Part shown: one piece after another, positions 9,889 through 19,182 of the stretch | How positions within the stretch are numbered: position 1 is the first letter of the stretch | Layout of the letters: the number at the start of each line of letters is the position of its first letter | Source: Bdellovibrio sp. | GTDB lineage: Bacteria; Bdellovibrionota; Bdellovibrionia; Bdellovibrionales; Bdellovibrionaceae | Length of the DNA: 64,000 bases | Assembly: GCA_046070625.1 (NCBI GenBank) | Contig: JBJTMR010000061.1 | Location: forward strand, 570-64,569 | Direction: 5' to 3' | Notes under the pieces: model-generated | The model's database searches: none | What the model saw: the letters and a program-made list of their open reading frames with translations, nothing else | Told to the model about the DNA's origin: nothing | Made by a program: the position numbers and the translations under genes

Positions 9889-9914
9889 GGCCCTGTCCTT
9901 GCGTGAAAAATGCT

Positions 9915-10223
9915 CTATGCAACTTCGATTTTACGGGTGGTTGACCACTTTTTAATTCTTTCCATGGATTCTTTGTGAATTTTTTCTAGCGCGACGAAAG
10001 CACTTTTAGCATCTGCCACAGATGAAAAATTCAGGTCTCCCGAGACTAAATCCAGATTCACCAGATAATTCGCTCCATCAAAATCAACGGCCAAATTTAT
10101 AATGCTGTCCGAAGGAGCCGACGCTGTTATTCTTTCCACCACGCGCCCACAAGACAGTAAAAATTGTTTTTTGTCGGGAAGACTCATACTTTCAGTTCTG
10201 ATTTCCACATTCTTCATGCTCAT
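9915..10223 (-). CDS. HPF/RaiA-like small protein
   Basis: Beta-alpha-beta-beta-beta-alpha pattern ending FSSVADAKSAFVALEKIHKESMERIKKW, resembling the HPF C-terminal helix. Confidence 0.5.
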   Translation of the reverse strand: MSMKNVEIRTESMSLPDKKQFLLSCGRVVERITASAPSDSIINLAVDFDGANYLVNLDLVSGDLNFSSVADAKSAFVALEKIHKESMERIKKWSTTRKIEVA

Positions 10224-10229
10224 TCCTCC

Positions 10230-10688
10230 TTATAACAGTGCCTTTAACACTTCACGACAGACTGCCGTCGACAAAGGTTTTTGCAAATAAAATGGTAGGT
10301 TCGGTGACTCTCCATTCATCGAATGAATCAAAGAGTCGAAGTTTTTCAGACTCATGCTGCTGACAAAAATGAAGCGATCGGAAACCTCCCCATAACGACT
10401 CCAAAGATCCAGTCCAGTGTCTTCGCCCTCCAAGAAGACATCAGAGATCACCAGGTCATAAGGTTTTTCCGCATGAAACGAATGTCGCAGCAGCGCTTCT
10501 GCTCCGGCCTCGGTCGTCTCATAATCAATCTCTGCATTGGGATGGGTCGATTTGATAATACTGTCCCACAGAGGCCACTGACTCTGGTCGTCTTCAACGA
10601 CTAGAAATCTCAATGTGATAGCTTGCTTGTGAATTGTGGCTAAGGGATTTAGCTCTGATTGCGTGCCCATCGCTAATGATGTATCCAT
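10230..10688 (-). CDS. Single-domain response regulator (receiver) with short N-terminal extension
   Basis: FLVVEDD, VISDVFL, FVSS, QKP; GGAGG RBS. Confidence 0.85.
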   Translation of the reverse strand: MDTSLAMGTQSELNPLATIHKQAITLRFLVVEDDQSQWPLWDSIIKSTHPNAEIDYETTEAGAEALLRHSFHAEKPYDLVISDVFLEGEDTGLDLWSRYGEVSDRFIFVSSMSLKNFDSLIHSMNGESPNLPFYLQKPLSTAVCREVLKALL

Positions 10689-10790
10689 GGATTACCTCCT
10701 GTTTCCTGTATTCATCATCGACATCACATTTAAGGTTCGTAATAAAATGATTTGATGATTTCGCAAAACCTTGCTTAAATCCCTGGTATT

Positions 10791-11510
10791 ATGGCTAAAA
10801 TTCTTTGCGTCGAAGATAGCGCTGAATTCTATATTTTTCTGACATCAGTTTTAAAAGACCACACCTTGGTTCAGGCCGAGTCTATTAATGATGCATTTAA
10901 ATTAGTTCAGAATGGTCGAGACAGTTTCGACTTGGTTCTGCTGGATATCTCACTTCCAGACGGAAATGGGATGAAGATTTTACCTCAACTTAAAGAATCG
11001 TTCGCCTCTAAACCTGTCCCGTTCATTATTCTGAGTTCTGATGATGACATCCTCAGTAAAGTTGCTGCCTTCGGCATTGGGGCTGATGACTATATTTCCA
11101 AGCCACCGAATTCCAGTGAGTTACGCGCCCGTATCGATGCCCGCCTGCGAGCAGTAAATGCGTATCAACAAAATGTATCACAAATTCAATTTGGAAACTT
11201 GATGATCGATTCCAACAGAATGTGCGTCGAACACAAAACTGCTAAGGGATTGCTACAGATTGATCTGACGCCATTTGAATTTAAAATACTAAGAATTGTT
11301 TGCAGCCGTCCCGGCCAAGTTTACAGCCGAGAGCAGTTAATTGATCAGGTTTGGGGTGTGGGAAAATTTGTCACCGAGCGAACCGTTGACGCTCACGTAA
11401 GTCATTTGCGTAAGAAAATTGCCGACAGCTCTGTCAAAGTCGAAACAGTTCTTGGTGCCGGCTACAAAGCTTCACTTAAAGATAACTCTGACGGCGCGGA
11501 AAACTCTTAG
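10791..11510 (+). CDS. OmpR/PhoB-family response regulator
   Basis: LCVEDS, LLDISLPDGNG, GADDYISKP; winged helix LTPFEFKIL...RTVDAHVSHLRKK...ETVLGAGY. Confidence 0.95.
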   Translation: MAKILCVEDSAEFYIFLTSVLKDHTLVQAESINDAFKLVQNGRDSFDLVLLDISLPDGNGMKILPQLKESFASKPVPFIILSSDDDILSKVAAFGIGADDYISKPPNSSELRARIDARLRAVNAYQQNVSQIQFGNLMIDSNRMCVEHKTAKGLLQIDLTPFEFKILRIVCSRPGQVYSREQLIDQVWGVGKFVTERTVDAHVSHLRKKIADSSVKVETVLGAGYKASLKDNSDGAENS

Positions 11511-11883
11511 ATATTAAATTAAGAAGTGTCTTTACATCTGATCTATATGCCGCAATGTCTTCGACGTGATTGCTAAGATCCGAGCTCAATTTTAAATGCC
11601 CAGAAAGTCTTTTGGACTTTTGCCCAAACTCCTTGAAACCCAGCATTTCTGCAGAACCTGCAATCTTATGGGCGGCCTTCCAAATCAAGGTTTGATCTTC
11701 AATCTCAGCACCCTTTTCCAGCAGAAATAAAGACTCCTCTAAAGTGACACTGAAACGAGCCAAAATTCTCAGCACTGTGTTTGCTGCTGTATCCTCAAGA
11801 AGATGATGCAAAGCATAGGTGTCAAACCCCGGAAGCCCTTTCAAATGTTCGACTACTTGATTTAATTCAATATCTGTTTCCAC
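11476..11883 (-). CDS. Hpt (histidine phosphotransfer) protein
   Basis: AAHKIAGSAEMLG Hpt motif; GTG start. Confidence 0.88.
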   Translation of the reverse strand: METDIELNQVVEHLKGLPGFDTYALHHLLEDTAANTVLRILARFSVTLEESLFLLEKGAEIEDQTLIWKAAHKIAGSAEMLGFKEFGQKSKRLSGHLKLSSDLSNHVEDIAAYRSDVKTLLNLISKSFPRRQSYL

Positions 11884-11999
11884 GATGAGTCCTTTTAGAA
11901 CAATTTATCTAAAACATTATATATTCGATTTAAGTTGGTTTGAAGAAATCTTCAAACCCAATTAACATCGACGTAAATTCACTTATTAATTATGGTGAC

Positions 12000-14537
12000 A
12001 TGAAAATGAGCCGACTGAAATTTAAAAAAATGTCAAAACTCACGCAAACCTTACTCAAAAAGGTCCGCCAGTTCTTACTGTGGATCCCCGTGCTTTCTCT
12101 TATCTTGGGAAGCATAATTTCAGTTAATATTTACCAACGCATGCATCAACGCGAGCTGATTGAGCAGCGCTCAGATTCCATCAAGCGTTCTAAAGAAATC
12201 ATTCAGTCCCTGGATCTGCTTCTTTCTAACAGTATTCTGCGTATTCAATCCTACGAGGAATATATTGGATCTCGCACGAATGACTACAAACGCGACAGTG
12301 CTCTTTTAGGTCAATCTTTGCGATATACGATTTTCCAACGGTTCTCGATTTTCAAAATCGTCAACGGCAAAAAAAATGAATTCGTCAATTTACATGTTTT
12401 ATCCAGATTCACACTGCCGAATTCCCCTCTTCCTGAAGCGAAGGGACGCTATGTGACTTCTGAGGAAGTTCTATCAGCCACCAAAGAACTCATCAAAAAT
12501 AAGGAATACAGCCGGGCCATTCTACATGAATACCTGGGTATGCCTTTAATCACTTACGCCCTTAAATCTCGAGGGCAAAGTGACGTAATTTTCTTCTTTA
12601 CGGCCCCTCTGGTAAGCATATTTGAAAAAATTGATCTCAAATCTACCGAATACATTGATATCGAGGACATTTCGTCAGGACGTACTTGGAAGGTTGCCTC
12701 CAAGGGGGTTGCCAAAACAATCTCCCTGAACCAGGACGGGACGGCACAAATCGACAGCAGTACTGTTTTACAAACTCTGAAATTAGGTGAACCACAAAAA
12801 ACGGGGTTACGCGTTCACTTCCATTTCAGTCCTTCAGAAAATGCCGCTGGTATTCCACCGTCAATGGTCACTGGGCTTATGAGCCTTTTAATAGCCTTCA
12901 TCGTTTCATATCTCTTCTGGGTCCTCGTTTCGCAGAATAAAAAAGTCAGCCGCATGATTATTGAAAAAACTCATGACCTCGAAAAGTCCCAGCAGGATCT
13001 GCAAGAAGCGTTGCTTACCAAAACTCGTTTCTTAGGCAGCATTAGTCACGAAATACGCACACCCTTAAATCTTATTATGGGGATGATCGACCTTTGTGAA
13101 GAAAAAGACGTCCAAGGAAAAATCAAAGACTATCTCAGCAGTATGCGTTCATCAGGGAATCACCTTCTGAGTATGATCGAAGACCTTTTGGATCTTGCTA
13201 AAGCTGAAACAAATGAACTTCAAGTACAACCGAAACGCATGAACCTGATTAACTTTCTTTCAGAGGTCGCCAGGATCTCGGGTCAAGATTGCGCTAAAAA
13301 GAATTTACGCCTTTATACTCATTTGGCCGGGGACCTTCCGGCGACAGTGAATTGTGATCCTAGTCGTCTTCGTCAAATTCTATTGAACCTTCTGCGCAAC
13401 GCCTGCAAATACACCAATAGCGGGCACATCATCTTAAGAGCTTCTGTCTTGAATCAGCTAACACCTGAACTGATTACCCTGCGCTTCGAAGTGGAAGATA
13501 CTGGGGTCGGAATTCAACAGGATAAGATCCAAAAGGTCTTTGAAGCCTTCTTCCAAGTCGAAAATTCTTACGCTTTAGCTGAGGGTGGCGTAGGGCTTGG
13601 GCTTGCCATCGTCAAAGAGCTGGTTAAAAAACTTAATGGTCGCATTACCGTTCAATCAGAACCAAACAAAGGATCCGTTTTTCAAGTCGATATTGATATG
13701 GAGGTCGTGGATGAATCTCTGTGGTCCGATTTGTATCGTTCCGGCAACGACATCGTCAGGGAATTGATCTTGGTTTCTTCAGATTCTCTTTTGGTCCAAT
13801 CGGTGGCTCCTTTGAACCTGCATCCTTCAGTGATTTTCCGTCACTTTACAAACTATACTGATCTTTCTGTAAACCAAAAAAAATCTCAAGATCCCAATAA
13901 GTGGTTTTTACTTGATACCTTAAATCAACGTTTTTCCGCTGTAGAAATAGACCATCTTCATCATCTTGGTAATGTCATACTGCTCGGAAACCGCGAACAG
14001 ATCTTAACGCAAAATCCGGGCTTAGACGCTCCCATTTTATCCACGTCTCCGTTGCTCTTTACAGATATCTTGGGCACAGCCGGATTTTCATCCCGCACCT
14101 ACCGACGGGAAAACAAAGAAATTAGATCCGCTCCTGTTAAAAACGCTCCCGCAGGAATTCCAGATTCCTTAACGATGCTTGTGGCTGATGATGACATGGG
14201 AAACCAAGAGCTGTACCAGGCTTACTTCGAAGGGAAGTCGTGGCAAATTTCCTATACCTCTAACGGTGGCGAAGCTTATGACGACTATGTTCAGCGCCCT
14301 GCTGAAGTCGTTATTTTAGATGTGCGCATGCCTATTATGGATGGTTTTGAAGTCGCTAAAAAAATTCGCGAATACGAAGAAACACATCGTTTGCCTCGCC
14401 GACCTATTTTGTTGGTCACGGCCGATGCATTGGAAGAAACAATGGAAAAGGCCAAAGAAATTCCATCGGTGAAATTTCTAACGAAGCCCATTCGCAAATC
14501 TTTATTATTGGAATCTATTGCGGAAGCCCTGAGATAG
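12000..14537 (+). CDS. Hybrid sensor histidine kinase (2 TM, periplasmic sensor, HisKA, HATPase, degenerate receiver, receiver)
   Basis: ISHEIRTPL H-box; NLLRNACKYT, DTGVGI, GVGLGL boxes; C-terminal ADDD/ILDVRMP/TKP receiver. Start uncertain (11940, 12000 or 12030). Confidence 0.93.
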   Translation: MKMSRLKFKKMSKLTQTLLKKVRQFLLWIPVLSLILGSIISVNIYQRMHQRELIEQRSDSIKRSKEIIQSLDLLLSNSILRIQSYEEYIGSRTNDYKRDSALLGQSLRYTIFQRFSIFKIVNGKKNEFVNLHVLSRFTLPNSPLPEAKGRYVTSEEVLSATKELIKNKEYSRAILHEYLGMPLITYALKSRGQSDVIFFFTAPLVSIFEKIDLKSTEYIDIEDISSGRTWKVASKGVAKTISLNQDGTAQIDSSTVLQTLKLGEPQKTGLRVHFHFSPSENAAGIPPSMVTGLMSLLIAFIVSYLFWVLVSQNKKVSRMIIEKTHDLEKSQQDLQEALLTKTRFLGSISHEIRTPLNLIMGMIDLCEEKDVQGKIKDYLSSMRSSGNHLLSMIEDLLDLAKAETNELQVQPKRMNLINFLSEVARISGQDCAKKNLRLYTHLAGDLPATVNCDPSRLRQILLNLLRNACKYTNSGHIILRASVLNQLTPELITLRFEVEDTGVGIQQDKIQKVFEAFFQVENSYALAEGGVGLGLAIVKELVKKLNGRITVQSEPNKGSVFQVDIDMEVVDESLWSDLYRSGNDIVRELILVSSDSLLVQSVAPLNLHPSVIFRHFTNYTDLSVNQKKSQDPNKWFLLDTLNQRFSAVEIDHLHHLGNVILLGNREQILTQNPGLDAPILSTSPLLFTDILGTAGFSSRTYRRENKEIRSAPVKNAPAGIPDSLTMLVADDDMGNQELYQAYFEGKSWQISYTSNGGEAYDDYVQRPAEVVILDVRMPIMDGFEVAKKIREYEETHRLPRRPILLVTADALEETMEKAKEIPSVKFLTKPIRKSLLLESIAEALR

Positions 14538-14547
14538 CGGGCTTCGA

Positions 14548-15576
14548 CTAGCGACTGCCTTTAGCCTTTGACTGCGTTTGAACAACTCCCGAGCCGACAT
14601 CTGAGCCTTGGCAATAGCGGTATTTCTTCATAATAGAGCGAGTTTTTTGCGCACCACTGATGTCACCGCCGCGGGCTTTGTTCCAGTCATCGCTACGCAA
14701 TGGCCCCCAATAAGTCCCCTTGCTCCCCTTGGACGTCGGAGTCATCAGATCGTCGCGGTTTTGCAGTTCATTCGACAAGAGATCTACTGCACAAGTGATA
14801 TTGTGTTTCGGGTTATGAAGATCATCTGTTCGTTTCGCAGCCTTCGGACACTTATTGTACTCGAGCTGGAAAAGACCAATGGCCGTGCCATTTGGGGCGT
14901 TCTTGTTATCTGCTTTGGGGTTACAGCTGGATTCTGAAGAAGCCATCGACATCATCGCCCACACCCAAAAAAGTTCACGTTGTGCCGGCTTCATCTTTGG
15001 ATAATTAGGGCACCACTTTCTGATATCGTCTGGAACATTTTCACCGAATGAATCCGGCTTATTTTTAATCATTTGCAATGCCCACGAACCCCAAGGTCCC
15101 ATACGACCTTGATTATCCATGAACTGCGTGCAACCAGTTTGCATATTTGCATCAATATCGTGACCAACTTCTAAAGCCGTATCATGATCGATCATTGAAT
15201 CATCATAGATATTTCCAGCTTTACTACGCTCATCCCACATGACGTCATCAATATTTCGAGCTTCATCTCTCAAATCCTGACCTTTTTTTCCCATTGCCGT
15301 CGTTTGGGTATTCGTCAAAGGACAGTACTTAAAAAATACCTGAAGCATCGCTCCCATTTGGGCGTTTTTAGCGACCTGTTGCTGTTCCAACGCCAACTGA
15401 GCAGCGGCTGCATCTTGCTGGCGCAAAACGTTGTTCACATAGTTTTCATAAATCAGCTGCTGTGTCGCCAATGAGGTCGCACTTGCCGTTTCTGCGTAGA
15501 CGTTGCCGTCCACACTTCCCACAACAACCGTCACCAGAAGAAATAATTTTAGAAATGAACTTGAGGAATGTTTCAT
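14548..15576 (-). CDS. Secreted lytic transglycosylase/lysozyme-like (SLT) protein
   Basis: Signal peptide; catalytic SMASSESSCNP and GLFQL motifs; several Cys. Confidence 0.75.
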   Translation of the reverse strand: MKHSSSSFLKLFLLVTVVVGSVDGNVYAETASATSLATQQLIYENYVNNVLRQQDAAAAQLALEQQQVAKNAQMGAMLQVFFKYCPLTNTQTTAMGKKGQDLRDEARNIDDVMWDERSKAGNIYDDSMIDHDTALEVGHDIDANMQTGCTQFMDNQGRMGPWGSWALQMIKNKPDSFGENVPDDIRKWCPNYPKMKPAQRELFWVWAMMSMASSESSCNPKADNKNAPNGTAIGLFQLEYNKCPKAAKRTDDLHNPKHNITCAVDLLSNELQNRDDLMTPTSKGSKGTYWGPLRSDDWNKARGGDISGAQKTRSIMKKYRYCQGSDVGSGVVQTQSKAKGSR

Positions 15577-15584
15577 CCCTGAAC

Positions 15585-15612
15585 TTATCGGGGACTGAAG
15601 GGGCTGGCTTAA
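15585..15612 (-). promoter_or_regulatory. Sigma-28 (FliA)-type promoter for the SLT gene
   Basis: TTAAG-N15-CCCGATAA versus consensus TAAA-N15-GCCGATAA; -10 box ends 8 nt before the ATG. Confidence 0.7.
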
Positions 15613-15698
15613 ACAAATAACGGAATATCTATGCTTAGTTAGGCAAACAACACCCTGCCCTTAAACCAATTGAGTCTAAGGACAGGTTCAAAGTCGAG

Positions 15699-17003
15699 TT
15701 ACTGGACGTAATGCACGTACATTTTCAAATAGAAACCCTCAGGGAACTGCATCAATGTTGGGTGATCGGCCGCGTGGCCACCACGCAAAACACTGCGCAT
15801 CTCTGAATAGTTGCGTAGGGACGCTTTACGAATGGCATCGCGGAATTCTTCTTCTTCAAGTAATCCCGAGCAAGAGCACGAAGCCACGAAACCATTCTTT
15901 TTTGCCAAACGGAACGCATGCGTATTCATTTTAATATACGCTGCCTTCCCCGTCGGAATGTCTTTCTTCGCCTTAATAAATGCCGGAGGATCTGCAATCA
16001 CAATATCGTATTGCTGTGTTGGCAAGCTACCTAAGCCTTCCATAACATCCATTTCGTGAACCGTAACTTTTGCTCCTTCACGTTCCGCATTTTCTTTCGC
16101 AAAGGCCAAAGCTGACTTGGAAACATCGACTAAAGAGATTTCTACATCGAAACCTTCGGCTTTCAACGCGCGAGTAATCTGCGTCGACCAGTGGCCCACG
16201 TAACAGCACAAATCCAAAACTTTGATCGTTTTAGTCTTCTGTTGCTTTGCCCAACTTTTAAAAAGATTCACTGCCAAATAAATATTATGCGTCTGATCTA
16301 AGAAGAATCCGGTTTTCTGTCCTTCTTTAAGATCACAGCTCATTTTAATGACACCGTCGTCCCCTGCGGCATTCAAAAGAATTTCAACATGCGATAAATT
16401 AATATCAGAAAGGTCTTTGATCACTTTCGCTTCATTGATAGTCATGCCTTCAAGCTTGCGCACGCCAACGTCATTACGCAAAACGACAGCAGTGTCATCC
16501 CAGCCGAACTCCGAAACACCTTGATCCTTGGCTTTTTCAGCCAAGCCCTTAAAGAACCCTTCAATATCAACAATGGCTTGATCCATACCGGCCGTCACAA
16601 GTTGCGCCACAAAGACCTGAGCTTTACGCCCTTTTTGTTCAACCACGTAATAGTCTAACACTAAGCCCGGAATGTAATCAGACTCACCGAATGCCAGGCG
16701 GAAGCTTCCGCGGAAGCCCGCGGCCTTACGAACAAGCCATGAGGTCAAGATTTTTCCATGAAGAAAATCAAATCCCGTTGGTTCTTTATCTTGGCTGTTA
16801 AAAGTCAGCGCACGAAATGCAATTAATGAATGAGGATTGCCATAACCGCGAGCCAAGAACTGCCCCTTGGCGTCTTGAATTTCCACAGGCGCCCCTGGGA
16901 CATGACCTTTAGGGCTTACTAGCAGTTCGTTCGAAAAAACCCAAGGATGGCCACTGCGAATGCGTTTATCAGCTCCTGTACGAAGTCTCCAAACCGTCAT
17001 CAT
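15699..17003 (-). CDS. rlmI: 23S rRNA m5C methyltransferase RlmI-like
   Basis: RIRSGHPWVFSNE PUA start, GQKTGFFLDQ, VLDLCCYVG, VIADPPAF, SCSCSG. Confidence 0.8.
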   Translation of the reverse strand: MMTVWRLRTGADKRIRSGHPWVFSNELLVSPKGHVPGAPVEIQDAKGQFLARGYGNPHSLIAFRALTFNSQDKEPTGFDFLHGKILTSWLVRKAAGFRGSFRLAFGESDYIPGLVLDYYVVEQKGRKAQVFVAQLVTAGMDQAIVDIEGFFKGLAEKAKDQGVSEFGWDDTAVVLRNDVGVRKLEGMTINEAKVIKDLSDINLSHVEILLNAAGDDGVIKMSCDLKEGQKTGFFLDQTHNIYLAVNLFKSWAKQQKTKTIKVLDLCCYVGHWSTQITRALKAEGFDVEISLVDVSKSALAFAKENAEREGAKVTVHEMDVMEGLGSLPTQQYDIVIADPPAFIKAKKDIPTGKAAYIKMNTHAFRLAKKNGFVASCSCSGLLEEEEFRDAIRKASLRNYSEMRSVLRGGHAADHPTLMQFPEGFYLKMYVHYVQ

Positions 17004-17005
17004 AA

Positions 17006-18112
17006 CTATTCACCTTCAACTGAAAAAACAACGAGCTCTGTCGTTTCATTTTTCTTAAAATTATTATCCACCATCACGAGCAGGCTGCGACGACCATCGG
17101 GTAACAGAGGGCCCCATGAAAGACCTTCAAAGTTATCCACCATTTTTTGCCCACGCTCTTTGACCAAGTCCGTTTCAAAATCTATCAATTTCGTTTTGTC
17201 TGCGAACGTCACTTTTTGTCCGACAACTTTATCTATCGCCAAAGTGTTCGTTGCCTTCGACAAGTCCGCCAAATAAAGACTGACAGTCGAAGACCAGCCC
17301 TTCCCATTTATGCGTACGCCACGTTCCATCACCAACATCTTGGTTTCTGACAACGCTAATATCTCCGAAACCCCTCGGAAGATTTCTTTACCTTTTTGAT
17401 TGTCGTTAAAAGCATCAACCTTATACACAAACTCAGCCACTGGAGTATAATACCCATGCTGAGCGCCCTTATCTTCGAATTTTAAAATACGAATAATATC
17501 GCCGTTAACTTCTTCACCAGAGACAATGTCTTGGGTCAGGCACGATTCGGTACTGGTAAATACGATTTTACCATCGGCAAAAGTGGTCAAACCTTCTAAG
17601 GACTGATTGTTCTGGACACCTTTAGATTGTTTCCCTAAAAGCTCCGGCAAATACTTTTCCGGCAGAACAAAATCAGATTTCCAGGCGCCTTCCGAATTAG
17701 TTCTAAAAATGCGTGGCATAGATCGCGGTTTGGCATCCGTATTCGCTTCAGAGGAAATCAACAAATCCCCATCCGCAAGCCTTGCCAATCCCTCTGGATC
17801 CAACATCGCCTTGCGCGCCCCTTCCAAGGGCAAGTTCGTCACAAACTTCACGGCTTTAGGGGTTAGACTGACAAGATTCTTTTCCAGTTTGAGATCAAAT
17901 TCATAAAAGCGAGGTTCACCAACACGGCCTTTGTCGTCGGAAAGCGCCAACAAACGGCCTTCGTGCCAGACAATTCCTGAAATACCACCAATGATGGTAT
18001 TATTAAACTTCGTTCCGGTGGTAATCGCTGTCTCACCATAGTAGTGCAAACGCAAAGCATGCGCAGAACTTGCAAAACTAAAAAGGACAAGAGCAACAAC
18101 GAACACTTTCAT
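17006..18112 (-). CDS. Secreted esterase-like/phytase-like beta-propeller protein
   Basis: Signal peptide; GGISG, ALSDD, DPEG, NQSLEGL, DNFEG, VDNNF motifs. Confidence 0.8.
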   Translation of the reverse strand: MKVFVVALVLFSFASSAHALRLHYYGETAITTGTKFNNTIIGGISGIVWHEGRLLALSDDKGRVGEPRFYEFDLKLEKNLVSLTPKAVKFVTNLPLEGARKAMLDPEGLARLADGDLLISSEANTDAKPRSMPRIFRTNSEGAWKSDFVLPEKYLPELLGKQSKGVQNNQSLEGLTTFADGKIVFTSTESCLTQDIVSGEEVNGDIIRILKFEDKGAQHGYYTPVAEFVYKVDAFNDNQKGKEIFRGVSEILALSETKMLVMERGVRINGKGWSSTVSLYLADLSKATNTLAIDKVVGQKVTFADKTKLIDFETDLVKERGQKMVDNFEGLSWGPLLPDGRRSLLVMVDNNFKKNETTELVVFSVEGE

Positions 18113-18113
18113 C

Positions 18114-19154
18114 TTAACTTCTCCAACGAAGTTCCGTCTGTCTAACCGGATTCATGAAATCACGTTTTCCTTCTAAGGCCTCTTGGTATTCTGTCTTCAA
18201 TGAATAATACCATTTTGCCTGTGTATCGGCGTCCTTAATCAGCATAAGACTTGGGTCGTATTTCAGTCCCTCTTGCTGTTTAGTAACAGCATCCATATCC
18301 TGCCCTAGGAAAACCTTCGCGAACTGATTGACCGCAGGTTTCAACAGAGTCAACCAAGGTATGTCCCAACATGCCAGCTGGGTCACACGCGTGTTCATTT
18401 CATCAACCGGAGTCAGCGCCGTGAATGCATAGAAACTGCGCGAGCCTACTTGCACATGCTCAACACGCACACATGGTAAAGTAAAAGTAATTTCCGTGGT
18501 CGGAACTCCACCCAAAATTTTATAGGCCTTAGAGTTCTTAGAAGGTTGATGGCGAATCATCTGGAAACCGAATTCCACCGGGCCGAAAAGTTTCTTCTTT
18601 TCCAGCATTGTTTTTTCAGAACGCCAGAACCAGCTCTTGTGAACATAAGGACCATGTGCGGGGTCCATCAAACCAATAACGGCGTGATCGACGTGACATG
18701 GGAAATTCACCACGTAAGTCAAATTTGGTTTTTTATCCGCACCAAAGGCCTTCATCACCGGAGGCTGCGGAGCTTTGCTGACATCAAAGTCTTTATCTCC
18801 CATGAACACCCAGATAAGACCTTGAGCTTCATGAACGGGATAACTACGTACTTTGATTTTATTTGGATTCAAATCTTGATCCGGGCACAAGGAAGGAATT
18901 TCTGTGCACGTTCCTGATCCGTTAAATTTCCAGCCATGGTAGGGGCATTCCAAGGTATCATTCACCACACGACCATAGCTTAAAGGAATTCCACGATGGG
19001 GGCAGATATCACGCATCGCTGCCACTTTACCCTGAGAATCACGGTAAAATACGACCGGCTCCCCTAACATTTTGCGTGATTGCACTTTGTTCACATCAAG
19101 TTCTGCACTCGGCAAACCCACATACCATACGTTTTTCAAAAAACCGGGAAACAT
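18114..19154 (-). CDS. Rieske non-heme iron oxygenase alpha subunit
   Basis: CPHRG...CPYHGW Rieske cluster, MDPAHGPYVH iron site, distal GQD; ATG 19154 with GAGG RBS. Confidence 0.9.
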   Translation of the reverse strand: MFPGFLKNVWYVGLPSAELDVNKVQSRKMLGEPVVFYRDSQGKVAAMRDICPHRGIPLSYGRVVNDTLECPYHGWKFNGSGTCTEIPSLCPDQDLNPNKIKVRSYPVHEAQGLIWVFMGDKDFDVSKAPQPPVMKAFGADKKPNLTYVVNFPCHVDHAVIGLMDPAHGPYVHKSWFWRSEKTMLEKKKLFGPVEFGFQMIRHQPSKNSKAYKILGGVPTTEITFTLPCVRVEHVQVGSRSFYAFTALTPVDEMNTRVTQLACWDIPWLTLLKPAVNQFAKVFLGQDMDAVTKQQEGLKYDPSLMLIKDADTQAKWYYSLKTEYQEALEGKRDFMNPVRQTELRWRS

Positions 19155-19182
19155 CGAATACCTCAAAAATAAAAATTAGAAA

